NCBI GenBank assembly: GCA_032718475.1
Contig: JAUCBJ010008101.1
Location: 1 to 54,432 of the forward strand
DNA: 54,432 nucleotides
Direction of reading: 5' to 3'
Source: Nemertoderma westbladi
Taxonomy: Eukaryota; Animalia; Xenacoelomorpha
Within the stretch, counting starts at the first letter, position 1. Every line of letters begins with the position of its first letter. The notes under the pieces were generated by a model that searched no databases, had not been told where the DNA came from, and worked only from the letters and a program-made list of their open reading frames with translations. Below, in pieces: positions 8,654-20,800 of this stretch. The position numbers were made by a program, and so were the translations under genes.

Positions 8654-9101
8654 GTAAGTCCTCTCGTCTAAATACGTCTAATATTAGAGATGAGAGTCTG
8701 AGTTTCATAATTGTGACATGCGATGGCAATAAGGAATCCACGATTTGCGATTTAGTTGTAGGATTGGTTTGATGTTAACGAATCACAAAAAAATTTTCGT
8801 TCGAATTCGGCTAAAATTGGCTCCATACAATGGCCAGCTATGTGTAGCGTAGGTGACACTTTAACTTGTTTCTATTGCGATAATGGTAAATTTGGATAAA
8901 CCTGGAGCATTTTTCTCAATTGATTTTGTGTGTTGTTTATGTATACATGCATTGAAGTGAACTAAACTAAAGCAAAGGTGTTCTAATTAAAAACATAACG
9001 TTGTTATGTGTTATAAGACTAGCTTTTATTATTTTTACATATCAATTAATATTAACTTGGTATAAATTAATTATTTCATTTACATTATGTATTTCGTTTA
9101 G

Positions 9102-9237
9102 ACTTGCGGTTACGTATTGAATTGGAAGCGCGTCCAGGGCGCCAACGGTAAACTCCAAGCATTCGGGTTCTGCGAATACGCCGATCCCGAGGCGTCTCTA
9201 CGAGCGATCCGTTTACTACACGACTTTACTGTAGCCG
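9102..9237 (+). CDS. RBM25: RBM25-like gene, coding exon 3 (RRM core); absent from the ORF track
   Basis: Acceptor atttcgtttAG (9101). Translates TCGYVLNWKRVQGANGKLQAFGFCEYADPEASLRAIRLLHDFTVA, the diagnostic RBM25 RRM. Donor CCG|GTAAGT at 9238, phase 1. Confidence 0.95.
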
Positions 9238-9694
9238 GTAAGTTAACGAGCGATCCGTTTACTACACGACTTTACTGTAGCCGGTAAGTTACCGAGCGAT
9301 CCGTTTACTACACGACTTTACTGTAGCCGGTAAGTTAACGAGCGATCCGTTTACTACACGACTTTACTGTAGCCGGTAAGTTAACGAGCGATCCGTTTAC
9401 TACACGACTTTACTGTAGCCGGTAAGTTACCGAGCGATCCGTTTACTACACAACTTTACCGGTAAGTTAACGAGCGATCCGTTTACTACACGACTTTACT
9501 GTAGCCGGTAAGTTAACGAGCGATCCGTTTACTACACGACTTTACTGTAGCCGGTAAGTTAACGAGCGATCCGTTTACTACACGGCTTTACCGGTAAGTT
9601 AATGAGCGATCCGTTTACTACACGGCTTTACCGGTGAGTTACCGAGCGATCCATTTACTACACGGCTTTACCGGTGAGTTACTGAGCAATCCGT
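9200..9694 (+). repeat. 46-bp tandem array (~11 copies) of the exon 3 3' end plus 5' splice site
   Basis: Unit ACGAGCGATCCGTTTACTACACGACTTTACTGTAGCCG|GTAAGTTA; the first copy is the real exon end. Several copies are 40-bp deletion variants and distal copies carry GTGAGT. Confidence 0.95.
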
Positions 9695-9841
9695 AGGTTT
9701 AGTTCCTTTGAGGGCTATGTATTATGGCGACCAAATGGAGATTATTAGTGTAAAAAGGCTTGTAAATGGGGTGAGTACTACCATGTCCAGTCGATGGTAA
9801 TACATCCTGTGCACTAACTATTCGTAAATTACCAAGTTTAT

Positions 9842-10720
9842 AGCACTGGACAACCCCTTCAAGTAACCGACCACGAACAGCATCTACGGGAAGCAATCAA
9901 GGAGCAATCCACGATGCAGGCTGCCAAATACACTCTACAACAGAGGAGGCAGCAGTCTCAGCGCTCTCACCAGCCCGCAAACGAACTGTCCAACGTGCTG
10001 TATCCCACAAGATCGGAGGATGGCTTACGGCACAGCCATCCACCCTAGATCACACAGATCTGAGTCCTGATAAATTTCGGGATGGACTGGCCCTGAGGTA
10101 TGGTCTCACCCCGCCGGGTCTTTCAGCGAAGTGCGAAGGTTGTGGAGATGCATTTTCCACCTCAAATGCTCTAAGCTGCAAGTCTGGCGGGTTGATTATT
10201 AAGCGCCATGATGAGGTGCGGGAGGTCTTTGGGGACCTCATCGCCGAAGTGGTCGGCAGCTCCAGCGTGGAGCGCGAGGTGACCCTCTCCCGGGGCACCT
10301 GGACAGAGACCAGAGAGGGCCGTGAGGGCCGTGAGGGGGGGGGGGGGGGGGGGGGGGGTGTGGGCAGACCTGGTTGCATGGGGGGTCTGGGTGAACCAAC
10401 GAGTCGCTTCATTTGACATAGCCGTTATTAACACGGACTCGACTTCGTACACTCAAACCAACCGTTCGACCACCGATGGCATCTGGTGCACCGAGACCCA
10501 GATTCTAATCCGCCATCTCGCAGAAACGCTTGTCACTAAGCGGGATGGCATGCGTGACAGGGGTCTCGCGTGTGTATTGGGGGGCATTCGGCGTTGATTG
10601 CTCTTCGCACTCCTTCGCTCCAGCTCCCTCTGCCTGCGAGGGGGTCGACGACCTTGGCGTGGCCTAGGGTTTGGTGATGGTGCAGGGTTACGGGGCTACA
10701 ATCTGGCCGGGCAGTTCTAA
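9842..10720 (+). mobile_element. Decayed, 5'-truncated CRE-type (restriction-like endonuclease) non-LTR retrotransposon fragment in intron 3
   Basis: Broken frames give GWLTAQPS...FRDGLALRYG...CEGCG...ALSCKSGGLIIKRHDEVRE (zinc knuckle region), ADLVAWGVW...FDIAVINTDSTSY (RLE) and LLRSSSLCLRGGRRPWRGLGFGDGAG, ending at TAA 10718-10720. It has frameshifts, a G24 run (10335-10358) and an apparent internal deletion. Confidence 0.75.
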
Positions 10721-11252
10721 TGACATAGTGGATTGTGCCATAACCATGGATGACGAACTCAAATGTAAGGATGCGTGACGTCTGGTTACAGATGATACTT
10801 CCGGCTGAACTCGTACACTAACTATAAACTTAACTGGTTGAATTATCCATGTGCTGAATGATATTATATTAGAATTTTATTATAGTTTATAGCACATTGA
10901 AAGGTAACAACGAAATATATCTAAAAGTTTGGCCCTTCCCAAGATAAATCCTGGCTACGCTACGCCCCTGTGATACAATAATACACACAGGGCGGGAACT
11001 TTTATTATTATTATTATTTATTTTATTGCATGAAACTCCAAAGTAAAATTAGGAGGCAGCACAGCTGATGATTGGCGGAAAAAGCCCTCTCCAGATCTAC
11101 CTACAGTACCTACGACCTACGTAACACACACACAACTAACATAAATACAGTAGATTTTAATTTACACTGTGTGTAAACTGCCGTACTTAGTTGGCCCTAT
11201 AGTTCTACTGTAATACTCACACTCACATCAATATTTCATATTATTGTTACAG

Positions 11253-11395
11253 GAAAGAAACTTGTTGTTAAAGTTGATGCGAAAACGAAAGTTCTTCTAG
11301 AGGAGTACAAAGCGAAGAAACGTGTTGACGATGGAAAACCACCGCTGAGACGGAAACTGAAAATTCGTGGAGACAAGGATGAGACGCGGGAGGAG
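11253..11395 (+). CDS. RBM25: RBM25-like gene, coding exon 4 (end of RRM, charged region)
   Basis: Acceptor ttattgttacAG (11252), phase 1. Encodes (G)KKLVVKVDAKTKVLLEEYKAKKR...DETREE. The donor GAG|GTTAGT at 11396 is phase 0, as required by exon 5. Confidence 0.9.
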
Positions 11396-14300
11396 GTTAG
11401 TAGTACCGGTACGGACATCGACTCCCTCCTATCGGGTAGGTTAGTAGTACCGGTACGGACATTGACTCCCTCCTATCGGAGGAGATTAGTAGTAGCGGTA
11501 CAGACATCGACTCCCACCTATCGGAGGAGGTTAGTAGTAGCAGTACGGACATCGACTCCCTCCTATCGGGTAGGTTAGTAGTACCGGTACGGACATTGAC
11601 TCCCTCCTATCGGAGGAGATTAGTAGTAGCGGTACAGACATCGACTCCCACCTATCGGAGGAGGTTAGTAGTAGCAGTACGGACATCGACTCCCTCCTAT
11701 CGGGTAGGTTAGTAGTACCGGTACGGACATTGACTCCCTCCTATCGGAGGAGATTAGTAGTAGCGGTACGGACATCGACTCCCACCTATCGGATGAGGTT
11801 AGTAGTAGCAGTACGGACATCGACTCCCTCCTATCGGAGGAGGTTAGTAGTAGCGGTACGGACATCGACTCCCACCTATCGCAGGAGGATAGTAGTAGCG
11901 GTACGGACATCGACTCCCACCTATCGCAGGAGGTTAGTAGTACCGGTACGGACATCGACTCCCACCTATCGGAGGAGGTTAGTAGTAGCAGTACGGGCAT
12001 CGAATCCCTCCTATCGGAGGAGGTTAGTAGTAGCGGTACGGACATCGACTCCCACCTATCGCAGGAGGTTAGTAGTAGCGGTACAGACATCAACTCCCAC
12101 CTATAGGAAGAGGTTAGTAGTAGCAGTACGGACATCGACTCCCACCTACCGGAGGAGGTTAGTAGTACCGGTACGGACATCGACTCCCACCTATCGGAGG
12201 AGGTTAGTAGTACCAGTACGGACATCGACTCCCTCCTATCGGAGGAGGTTAGTAGTACCGGTACGGACATCGACTCCCTCCTATCGGAGGAGATTAGTAG
12301 TACTGGTACAGACATCAACTCCCACCTATAGGAAGAGGTTAGTAGTAGCAGTACGGACATCGACTCCCACCTACCAGAGGAGGTTAGTAGTAGCAGTACG
12401 GACATCGACTCTCACCTACCGGAGGAGGTTAGTAGTACCGATACGGACATCAACTCCCACCTATTGGAGGAGGTTAGTAGTACCGGTACGGACATCGACT
12501 CCCACCTATCGGAGGAGGTTAGTAGTAGCGGTACGGACATTGACTCCCTCCTATCGGAGGAGATTAGTAGTACTGGTACAGACATCAACTCCCACCTATA
12601 GGAAGAGGTTAGTAGTAGCAGTACGGACATCGACTCCCACCTACCGGAGGAGGTTAGTAGTAGCAGTACGGACATCGACTCCCACCTACCGGAGGAGGTT
12701 AGTAGTACCGGTACGGACATCAACTCCCACCTATTGGAGGAGGTTAGTAGTACCGGTACGGACATCGACTCCCACCTATCGGAGGAGGTTAGTAGTAGCG
12801 GTACGGACATTGACTCCCTCCTATCGGAGGAGATTAGTAGTACTGGTACAGACATCAACTCCCACCTATAGGAAGAGGTTAGTAGTAGCAGTACAGACAT
12901 CAACTCCCACCTATAGGAAGAGGTTAGTAGTAGCAGTACGGACATTGACTCCCACCTACCGGAGGAGGTTAATAGTAGCGGTACGGACATCGACTCCCAC
13001 CTATCGGGTAGGTTAGTAGTACCAGTACGGACGGACATCGACTCCCACCTATCGGAGGAGGTTAGTAGTACCGGTCCAGACATCGACTCCCACCTATCGG
13101 AGGAGGTTAGTAGTAGCGGTACGGACATCGACTCCCACCTACCGGAGGAGGTTAGTAGTAGCGGTACGGACATCGACTCCCACCTATCGGGTAGGTTAGT
13201 AGTACCAGTACGGACGGACATCGACTCCCACCTATCGGAGGAGGTTAGTAGTACCGGTCCAGACATCGACTCCCACCTATCGGAGGAGGTTAGTAGTAGC
13301 GGTACGGACATCGACTCCCACCTATCGGAGGAGGTTAGTAGTACCGGTACGGACATCGACTCCCTCCTATTAGAGGAGGTTAGTAGTAGCGGTACAGACA
13401 TCGACTCCCACCTATCGGAGGAGGTTAGTAGTAGTGGTACAGACATCGACTCCCACCTATCGGAGGAGATTAGTAGTAGCGGTACGGACATCGACTCCCA
13501 CCTATCGGATGAGGTTTGTAGTACCGGTCCAGACATCGACTCCCACCTATCGGATGAGGTTAGTAGTACCGGTCCAGACATCGACTCCCACCTATCGGAG
13601 GAGGTTAGTAGTACCGGTCCAGACATCGACTCCCACCTATCGGAGGAGGTTAGTAGTACCGGTCCAGACATCGACTCCCACCTATCGGAGGAGGTTAGTA
13701 GTAGCGGTACGGACATCGACTCCCACCTATCGGATGAGGTTAGTAGTACCGGTCCAGACATCGACTCCCACCTATCGGATGAGGTTAGTAGTACCGGTCC
13801 AGACATCGACTCCCACCTATCGGAGGAGGTTAGTAGTACCGGTCCAGACATCGACTCCCACCTATCGGAGGAGGTTAGTAGTACCGGTCCAGACATCGAC
13901 TCCCACCTATCGGAGGAGGTTAGTAGTAGCGGTACGGACATCGACTCCCACCTATCGGAGGAGGTTAGTAGTACCGGTACGGACATCGACTCCCACCTAT
14001 CGGGTAGGTTAGTAGTACCGGTAAGGACATCGACTCCCTCCTATTGGAGGAGGTTAGTAGTAGCGGTACAGACATCGACTCCCACCTATCGGAGGAGGTT
14101 AGTAGTAGCGGTACGGACATCGACTCCCACCTATCGGGTAGGTTAGTAGTACCAGTACAGACATCGACTCCCACCTATCGCAGGAGGTTAGTAGTACCGG
14201 TACGGACATCGACTCCCACCTATCGGAGGAGGTTAGTAGTAGCGGTACGGACATCGACACCCACCTATCGGAGGAGGTTAATAGTAGCGGTACGGACATC

Positions 14301-17300
14301 GACTCCCACCTATCGGAGGAGGTTAGTAGTACCTTGTATGGACATCGACTCCCTCCTATCGGGTAGGTTAGTAGTACCGGTACGGACATCGACTCCCACC
14401 TATCGGAGGAGGTTAGTAGTAGCGGTACGGACATCGACTCCCACCTATCGCAGGAGGTTAGTAGTACCGGTACGGACATCGACTCCCACCTATCGGAGGA
14501 GGTTAGTAGTACCGGTACGGACATCGACTCCCACCTATCGGAGGAGGTTAGTAGTACCGGTACGGACATCGACTCCCACCTATCGGAGGAGGTTAGTAGT
14601 AGCGGTACGGACATCGACTCCCACCTATCGGGTAGGTTAGTAGTACCAGTACAGACATCGACTCCCACCTATCGCAGGAGGTTAGTAGTACCGGTACGGA
14701 CATCGACTCCCACCTATCGGGTAGGTTAGTAGTACCAGTACGGACGGACATCGACTCCCACCTATCGGAGGAGGTTAGTAGTACCGGTCCAGACATCGAC
14801 TCCCACCTATCGGAGGAGGTTAGTAGTAGCAGTACGGACATCGACTCCCACCTATCGCAGGAGGTTAGTAGAACCGGTACGGACATCGACTCCCACCTAT
14901 CGGAGGAGGTTAATAGTAGCGGTACGGACATCGACTCCCACCTATCGCAGGAGGTTAGTAGTACCGGTACGGACATCGACTCCAACCTATCGGAGGAGGT
15001 TAATAGTAGCGGTACGGACATCGACTCCCACCTATCGGAGGAGGTTAGTAGTACCAGTACGGACATCGACTCCCACCTATCGGAGGAGGTTAGTAGTAGC
15101 GGTACGGACATCGACACCCACCTATCGGAGGAGGTTAGTAGTAGCGGTACGGACATCGACTCCCACCTATCGGAGGAGGTTAGTAGTAGCGGTACGGACA
15201 TCAACTCCCACCTATCGGAGGAGGTTAGTAGTACCGGTACGGACATCGACTCCCACCTATCGGATGAGGTTAGTAGTACCGGTACGGACATCGACTCCCA
15301 CCTATCGGAGGAGGTTAGTAGTAGCGGTACGGACATTGACTCCCACCTATCGGAGGAGGTTAGTAGTACCGGTACGGACATCGACTCCCACCTTAGTAGC
15401 GGTCCGGACATCGACTCCCACCTATCGGAGGAGGTTAGTAGTACCGGTACGGACATCGACTCCCACCTTAGTAGCGGTCCGGACATCGACTCCCACCTAT
15501 CGGAGGAGGTTAGTAGTAGCGGTACGGACATCGACACCCACCTATCGGAGGAGGTTAGTAGTAGCGGTACGGACATCGACTCCCACCTATCGGAGGAGGT
15601 TAGTAGTAGCGGTACGGACATCAACTCCCACCTATCGGAGGAGGTTAGTAGTACCGGTACGGACATCGACTCCCACCTATCGGAGGAGGTTAGTAGTAGC
15701 GGTACGGACATTGACTCCCACCTATCGGAGGAGGTTAGTAGTACCGGTACGGACATCGACTCCCACCTTAGTAGCGGTACGGACATCAACTCCCACCAAT
15801 CGGAGGAGGTTAATAGTACCGGTACGGACATCGACTCCCACCTATCGGAGGAGGTTAGTAGTACCGGTACGGACATCGACTCCCTCCTATCGGGTAGGTT
15901 AGTAGTACCAGTACAGACATCGACTCCCTCCTATCGGAGGAGGTTAGTAGTACCGGTACGGACATCGATTCCCACCTATCGGATGAGGTTAGTAGTACCG
16001 GTACGGACATCGACTCCCACCTATCGGAGGAGGTTAGTAGTAGCAGTACGGACATCGACTCCCACCTATTGGAGGAGGTTAGTAGTACCGGTCCGGACAT
16101 CGACCCCCACCAATCGGAGGAGGTTAATAGTACCGGTACGGACATCGACTCCCACCTATCGGATGAGGTTAGTAGTACCAGTACAGACATCGACTCCCTC
16201 CTATCGGAGGAGGTTAGTAGTACCGGTATGGACATCGATTCCCACCTATCGGATGAGGTTAGTAGTACCGGTACGGACATCGACTCCCACCTATCGGAGG
16301 AGGTTAGTAGTAGCAGTACGGACATCGACTCCCACCTATTGGAGGAGGTTAGTAGTACCGGTCCGGACATCGACTCCCACCTATCGGAGGAGGTTAGTAG
16401 TACCAGTACGGACATCGACTCCCACCTATCAGAGGAGGTTAGTAGTAGCGGTACGGACATCGACTCCCACCTATCGGGTAGGTTAGTAGTACCGGTACAG
16501 ACATCGACTCCCACCTATTGGAGGAGGTTAGTAGTACCGGTATGGACATCGACTCCCTCCTATCGGATGAGGTTAGTAGTAGCGGTACGGACATCGACTC
16601 CCACCTATTGGAGGAGGTTAGTAGTACCGGTCCGGACATCGACTCCCACCTATCAGAGGAGGTTAGTAGTAGCGGTACGGACATCGACTCCCACCTATCG
16701 GGTAGGTTAGTAGTACCGGTACAGACATCGACTCCCACCTATTGGAGGAGGTTAGTAGTACCGGTATGGACATCGACTCCCTCCTATCGGAGGAGGTTAG
16801 TAGTAGCGGTATGGACATCGACTCCAACCTATCGGAGGAGGTTAGTAGTAGCGGTACGGACATCGACTCCCACCTATCGGGTAGGTTAGTAGTACCGGTA
16901 CAGACATCGACTCCCACCTATTGGAGGAGGTTAGTAGTACCGGTATGGACATCGACTCCCTCCTATCGGAGGAGGTTAGTAGTAGCGGTATGGACATCGA
17001 CTCCAACCTATCGGAGGAGGTTAGTAGTAGCGGTACGGACATCGACTCCCACCTATCGGGTAGGTTAGTAGTACCAGTACAGACATCGACTCCCTCCTAT
17101 CGGAGGAGGTTAGTAGTACCGGTACGGACATCGACTCCCACCTATTGGAGGAGGTTAGTAGTAGCGGTACGGACATCGACTCCCACCTATCGGGTAGGTT
17201 AGTAGTACCAGTACGGACATCGACTCCCACCTATCGAAGGAGGTTAGTAGTAGCGGTACGGACATCGACTCCCACCTATCGGAGGAGGTTAGTAGTAGCG

Positions 17301-17508
17301 GTACGGACATCGACTCCCACCTATCGAAGGAGGTTAGTAGTAGCGGTACGGACATCGACTTCCACCTATCGGAGGAGGTTAGTAGTACCGGTACGGACAT
17401 CAACTCCCACCTATCGGAGGAGGTTAGTAGTACCGGTATGGACATTGACTCCCACCTATTGGAGGAGGTTAGTAGTTCCGGTACGGACATCGACTCCCAC
17501 CTATTTGG
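11389..17508 (+). repeat. 45-bp minisatellite (~135 copies, ~6.1 kb) filling intron 4; unit includes the exon 4 donor site
   Basis: Unit GGAGGAG|GTTAGTAGTA(C/G)CGGTACGGACATCGACTCCCACCTATC. Variants include 44-bp (GGGTAG), +4 (CGGA) and -15 forms, with local higher-order blocks such as a 179-bp period near 16.66-17.07 kb. Confidence 0.97.
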
Positions 17509-17562
17509 CAAGTTAATTTCATATGATAATTTCTCTAGAAATATAATTATTTTTACCCCCAG

Positions 17563-17799
17563 GGAGAACAACGTAGCGACGACGAGGAAGCTGATGTTTC
17601 TAAGGACGCCGACGAGTTAGACGCCGAGACTATGGAAGAGGACAGTGTTACTAGAGGCGCGCTCATGGCTATTGTTAAAGAAGCAACCATCAAACTGCCT
17701 AACGTAATGTCAACCTCTAAGGAGTCCACTCGTCACCATGGGGATTTCTATTCCAGTAAACGGAACGATAAATCTCTTCCCTACGATCCACCGGTTGAT
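17563..17799 (+). CDS. RBM25: RBM25-like gene, coding exon 5
   Basis: Acceptor tttttaccccc-AG (17562), phase 0. Encodes GEQRSDDEEADVSKDADELDAETMEEDSVTRGALMAIVKE...SLPYDPPVD, resembling the post-RRM acidic/helical segment of RBM25. Probable donor GAT|GTTAGT at 17800. The rest of the gene (RE/RD-rich region, PWI domain) is not in the window. Confidence 0.75.
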
Positions 17800-17831
17800 G
17801 TTAGTAACTATGGTGACGGTTATATACAATA

Positions 17832-20800
17832 AGTTCCACACTTTATATGACCCCAGGAGTTCCACATGACACTTTATATGACCCCGAGAGTTCCACAGTA
17901 CACTTTATATGACCCCGAGAGTTCCACAGGGCACTTTATATGACGCCGAGAGTTCCACAGGGCACTTTATATGACCCCGAGAGTTCCACAGGGCACTTTA
18001 TATGACGCCGAGAGTTCCACAGGACACTTTATATGACCCCGAGGAGTTTCACAGGACACTTTATATGACCCCGAGAGTTCCACAGGGCACTTTATATGAC
18101 GCCGAGAGTTCCACAGGACACTTTATATGACCCCGAGAGTTTCACAGGACACTTTATATGATCCCGAGAGTTCCACAGGACACTTTATATGACCCCGAGA
18201 GTTCCACAGGGCACTTTATATGACGCCGAGAGTTCCACAGGACACTTTATATGACCCCGAGAGTTCCACAGGACACTTTATATGACTCCGAGAGTTTCAC
18301 AGGACACTTTATATGACCCTGAGAGTTCCACAGGACACTTTATATGACCCCGAGAGTTTCACAGGACACTTTATATGATCCCGAGAGTTCCACAGGACAC
18401 TTTATATGACCCCGAGAGTTCCACAGGGCACTTTATATGACGCCGAGAGTTCCACAGGACACTTTATATGACCCTGAGAGTTTCACAGGACACTTTATAT
18501 GATCCCGAGAGTTTCACAGGACACTTTATATGACCCCGAGAGTTCCACAGGGCACTTTTATATGACGCCGAGAGTTCCACAGGACACTTTATATGACCCT
18601 AAGAGTTTCACAGGACACTTTATATGACCCTGAGAGTTCCACAGGACACTTTATATGACACCGAGAGTTCCACAGGACACTTTATATGACCCTAAGAGTT
18701 TCACAGGACACTTTATATGACCCCGAGAGTTTCACAGGACACTTTATATGATCCCGAGAGTTCCACAGGACACTTTATATGACCCCGAGAGTTCCACAGG
18801 GCACTTTATATGACGCCGAGAGTTCCACAGGACACTTTATATGACCCTGAGAGTTTCACAGGACACTTTATATGATCCCGTGAGTTTCACAGCACACTTT
18901 ATATGACCCCGAGAGTTCCACAGGGCACTTTATATGACGCCGAGAGTTCCACAGGACACTTTATATGACCCTAAGAGTTTCACAGGACACTTTATATGAC
19001 CCTGAGAGTTCCACAGGACACTTTATATGACACCGAGAGTTCCACAGGACACTTTATATGACTCTGAGAGTTTCACAGGACACTTTATATGACCCTGAGA
19101 GTTCCACAGGACACTTTATATGACCCTGAGAGTTTCACAGGACACTTTATATGACCCTGAGAGTTTCACAGGACACTTTATATGATCCCGAGAGTTCCAC
19201 TGGACACTTTATATGACTCTGAGAGTTTCACAGGACACTTTATATGACCCTGAGAGTTCCACAGGACACTTTATATGACCCTGAGAGTTTCACAGGACAC
19301 TTTATATGACCCCGAGAGTTCCACAGGACACTTTATATGACCCCGAGAGTTCCACAGGACACTTTATATGACCCCGAGAGTTTCAAGGACACTATATATG
19401 ACACCGAGAGTTCCACACGACACTTTATATGACCCTGAGAGTTTCACAGGACACTTTATATGACCCCGAGAGTTCCACAGGACACTTTATATGACCCCGA
19501 GAGTTCCACAGGACACTTTATATGACTCTGAGAGTTTCACAGGATACTTTATATGACCCTGAGAGTTCCACAGGACACTTTATATGACCCTGAGAGTTTC
19601 ACAGGACACTTTATATGACCCTGAGAGTTTCACAGGACACTTTATATGACCCTGAGAGTTTCACAGGACACTTTATATGACCCTGAGAGTTTCACAGGAC
19701 ACTTTATATGACCCCGAGAGTTCCACAGGACACTTTATATGATCCCAAGAGTTCCACAGGACACTTTATATGACACCGAGAGTTCCACAGGACACTTTAT
19801 ATGACCCTGAGAGTTCCACAGGACACTTTATATGATCCCAAGAGTTCCACACGACACTTTATATGACCCCGAGAGTTTCACAGGACACTTTATATGACCC
19901 TGAGAGTTTCACAGGACACTTTATATGACCCTGAGAGTTTCACAGGACACTTTATATGACCCTGAGAGTTTCACAGGACACTTTATATGACCCCGAGAGT
20001 TCCACAGGACACTTTATATGATCCCGAGAGTTCCACAGGACACTTTATATGACACCGAGAGTTCCACAGGACACTTTATATGACCCTGAGAGTTCCACAG
20101 GACACTTTATATGACCCTGAGAGTTTCACAGGACACTTTATATGACCCCGAGAGTTCCACAGGACACTTTATATGACCCCGAGAGTTCCACAGGACACTT
20201 TATATGACCCCGAGAGTTCCACAGGACACTTTATATGACCCTGAGAGTTCCACAGGACACTTTATATGACCCTGAGAGTTCCACAGGACACTTTATATGA
20301 CCCTGAGAGTTCCACAGGACACTTTATATGATCCTGAGAGTTTCACAGGACACTTTATATGACCCCGAGAGTTCCAAGGACATTTTATATGACCCTGAGA
20401 GTTTCACAGGACACTTTATATGACCCTGAGAGTTTCACAGGACACTTTATATGACCCCGAGAGTTCCAAGGACATTTTATATGACCCTGAGAGTTTCACA
20501 GGACACTTTATATGACCCTGAGAGTTCCACAGGACACTTTATATGACCCTGAGAGTTTCACAGGACACTTTATATGACCCTGAGAGTTCCACAGGACACT
20601 TTATATGACCCTGAGAGTTCCACAGGACACTTTATATGATACCGAGAGTTCCACAGGACACTTTATATGACCCCGAGAGTTCCACAGGACACTTTATATG
20701 ACCCTGAGAGTTCCACAGGACACTTTATATGACCCTGAGAGTTCCACAGGACACTTTATATGACCTCGAGAGTTTCACAGGACACTTTATATGATCCCGA

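Noticed and set aside
10931-10970. MITE-like terminal sequence (ATCCTGGCTACGCTACGCCCCTG)
   Set aside because: No matching opposite inverted terminus was found nearby, so an element cannot be delimited.
11665-17620. Many long ORFs on both strands (e.g. 11730-13016 +, 12412-13986 -)
   Set aside because: They are translations of the 45-bp repeat, whose length is a multiple of 3. They break at 44-bp variants and lie within an intron defined by in-frame flanking exons.
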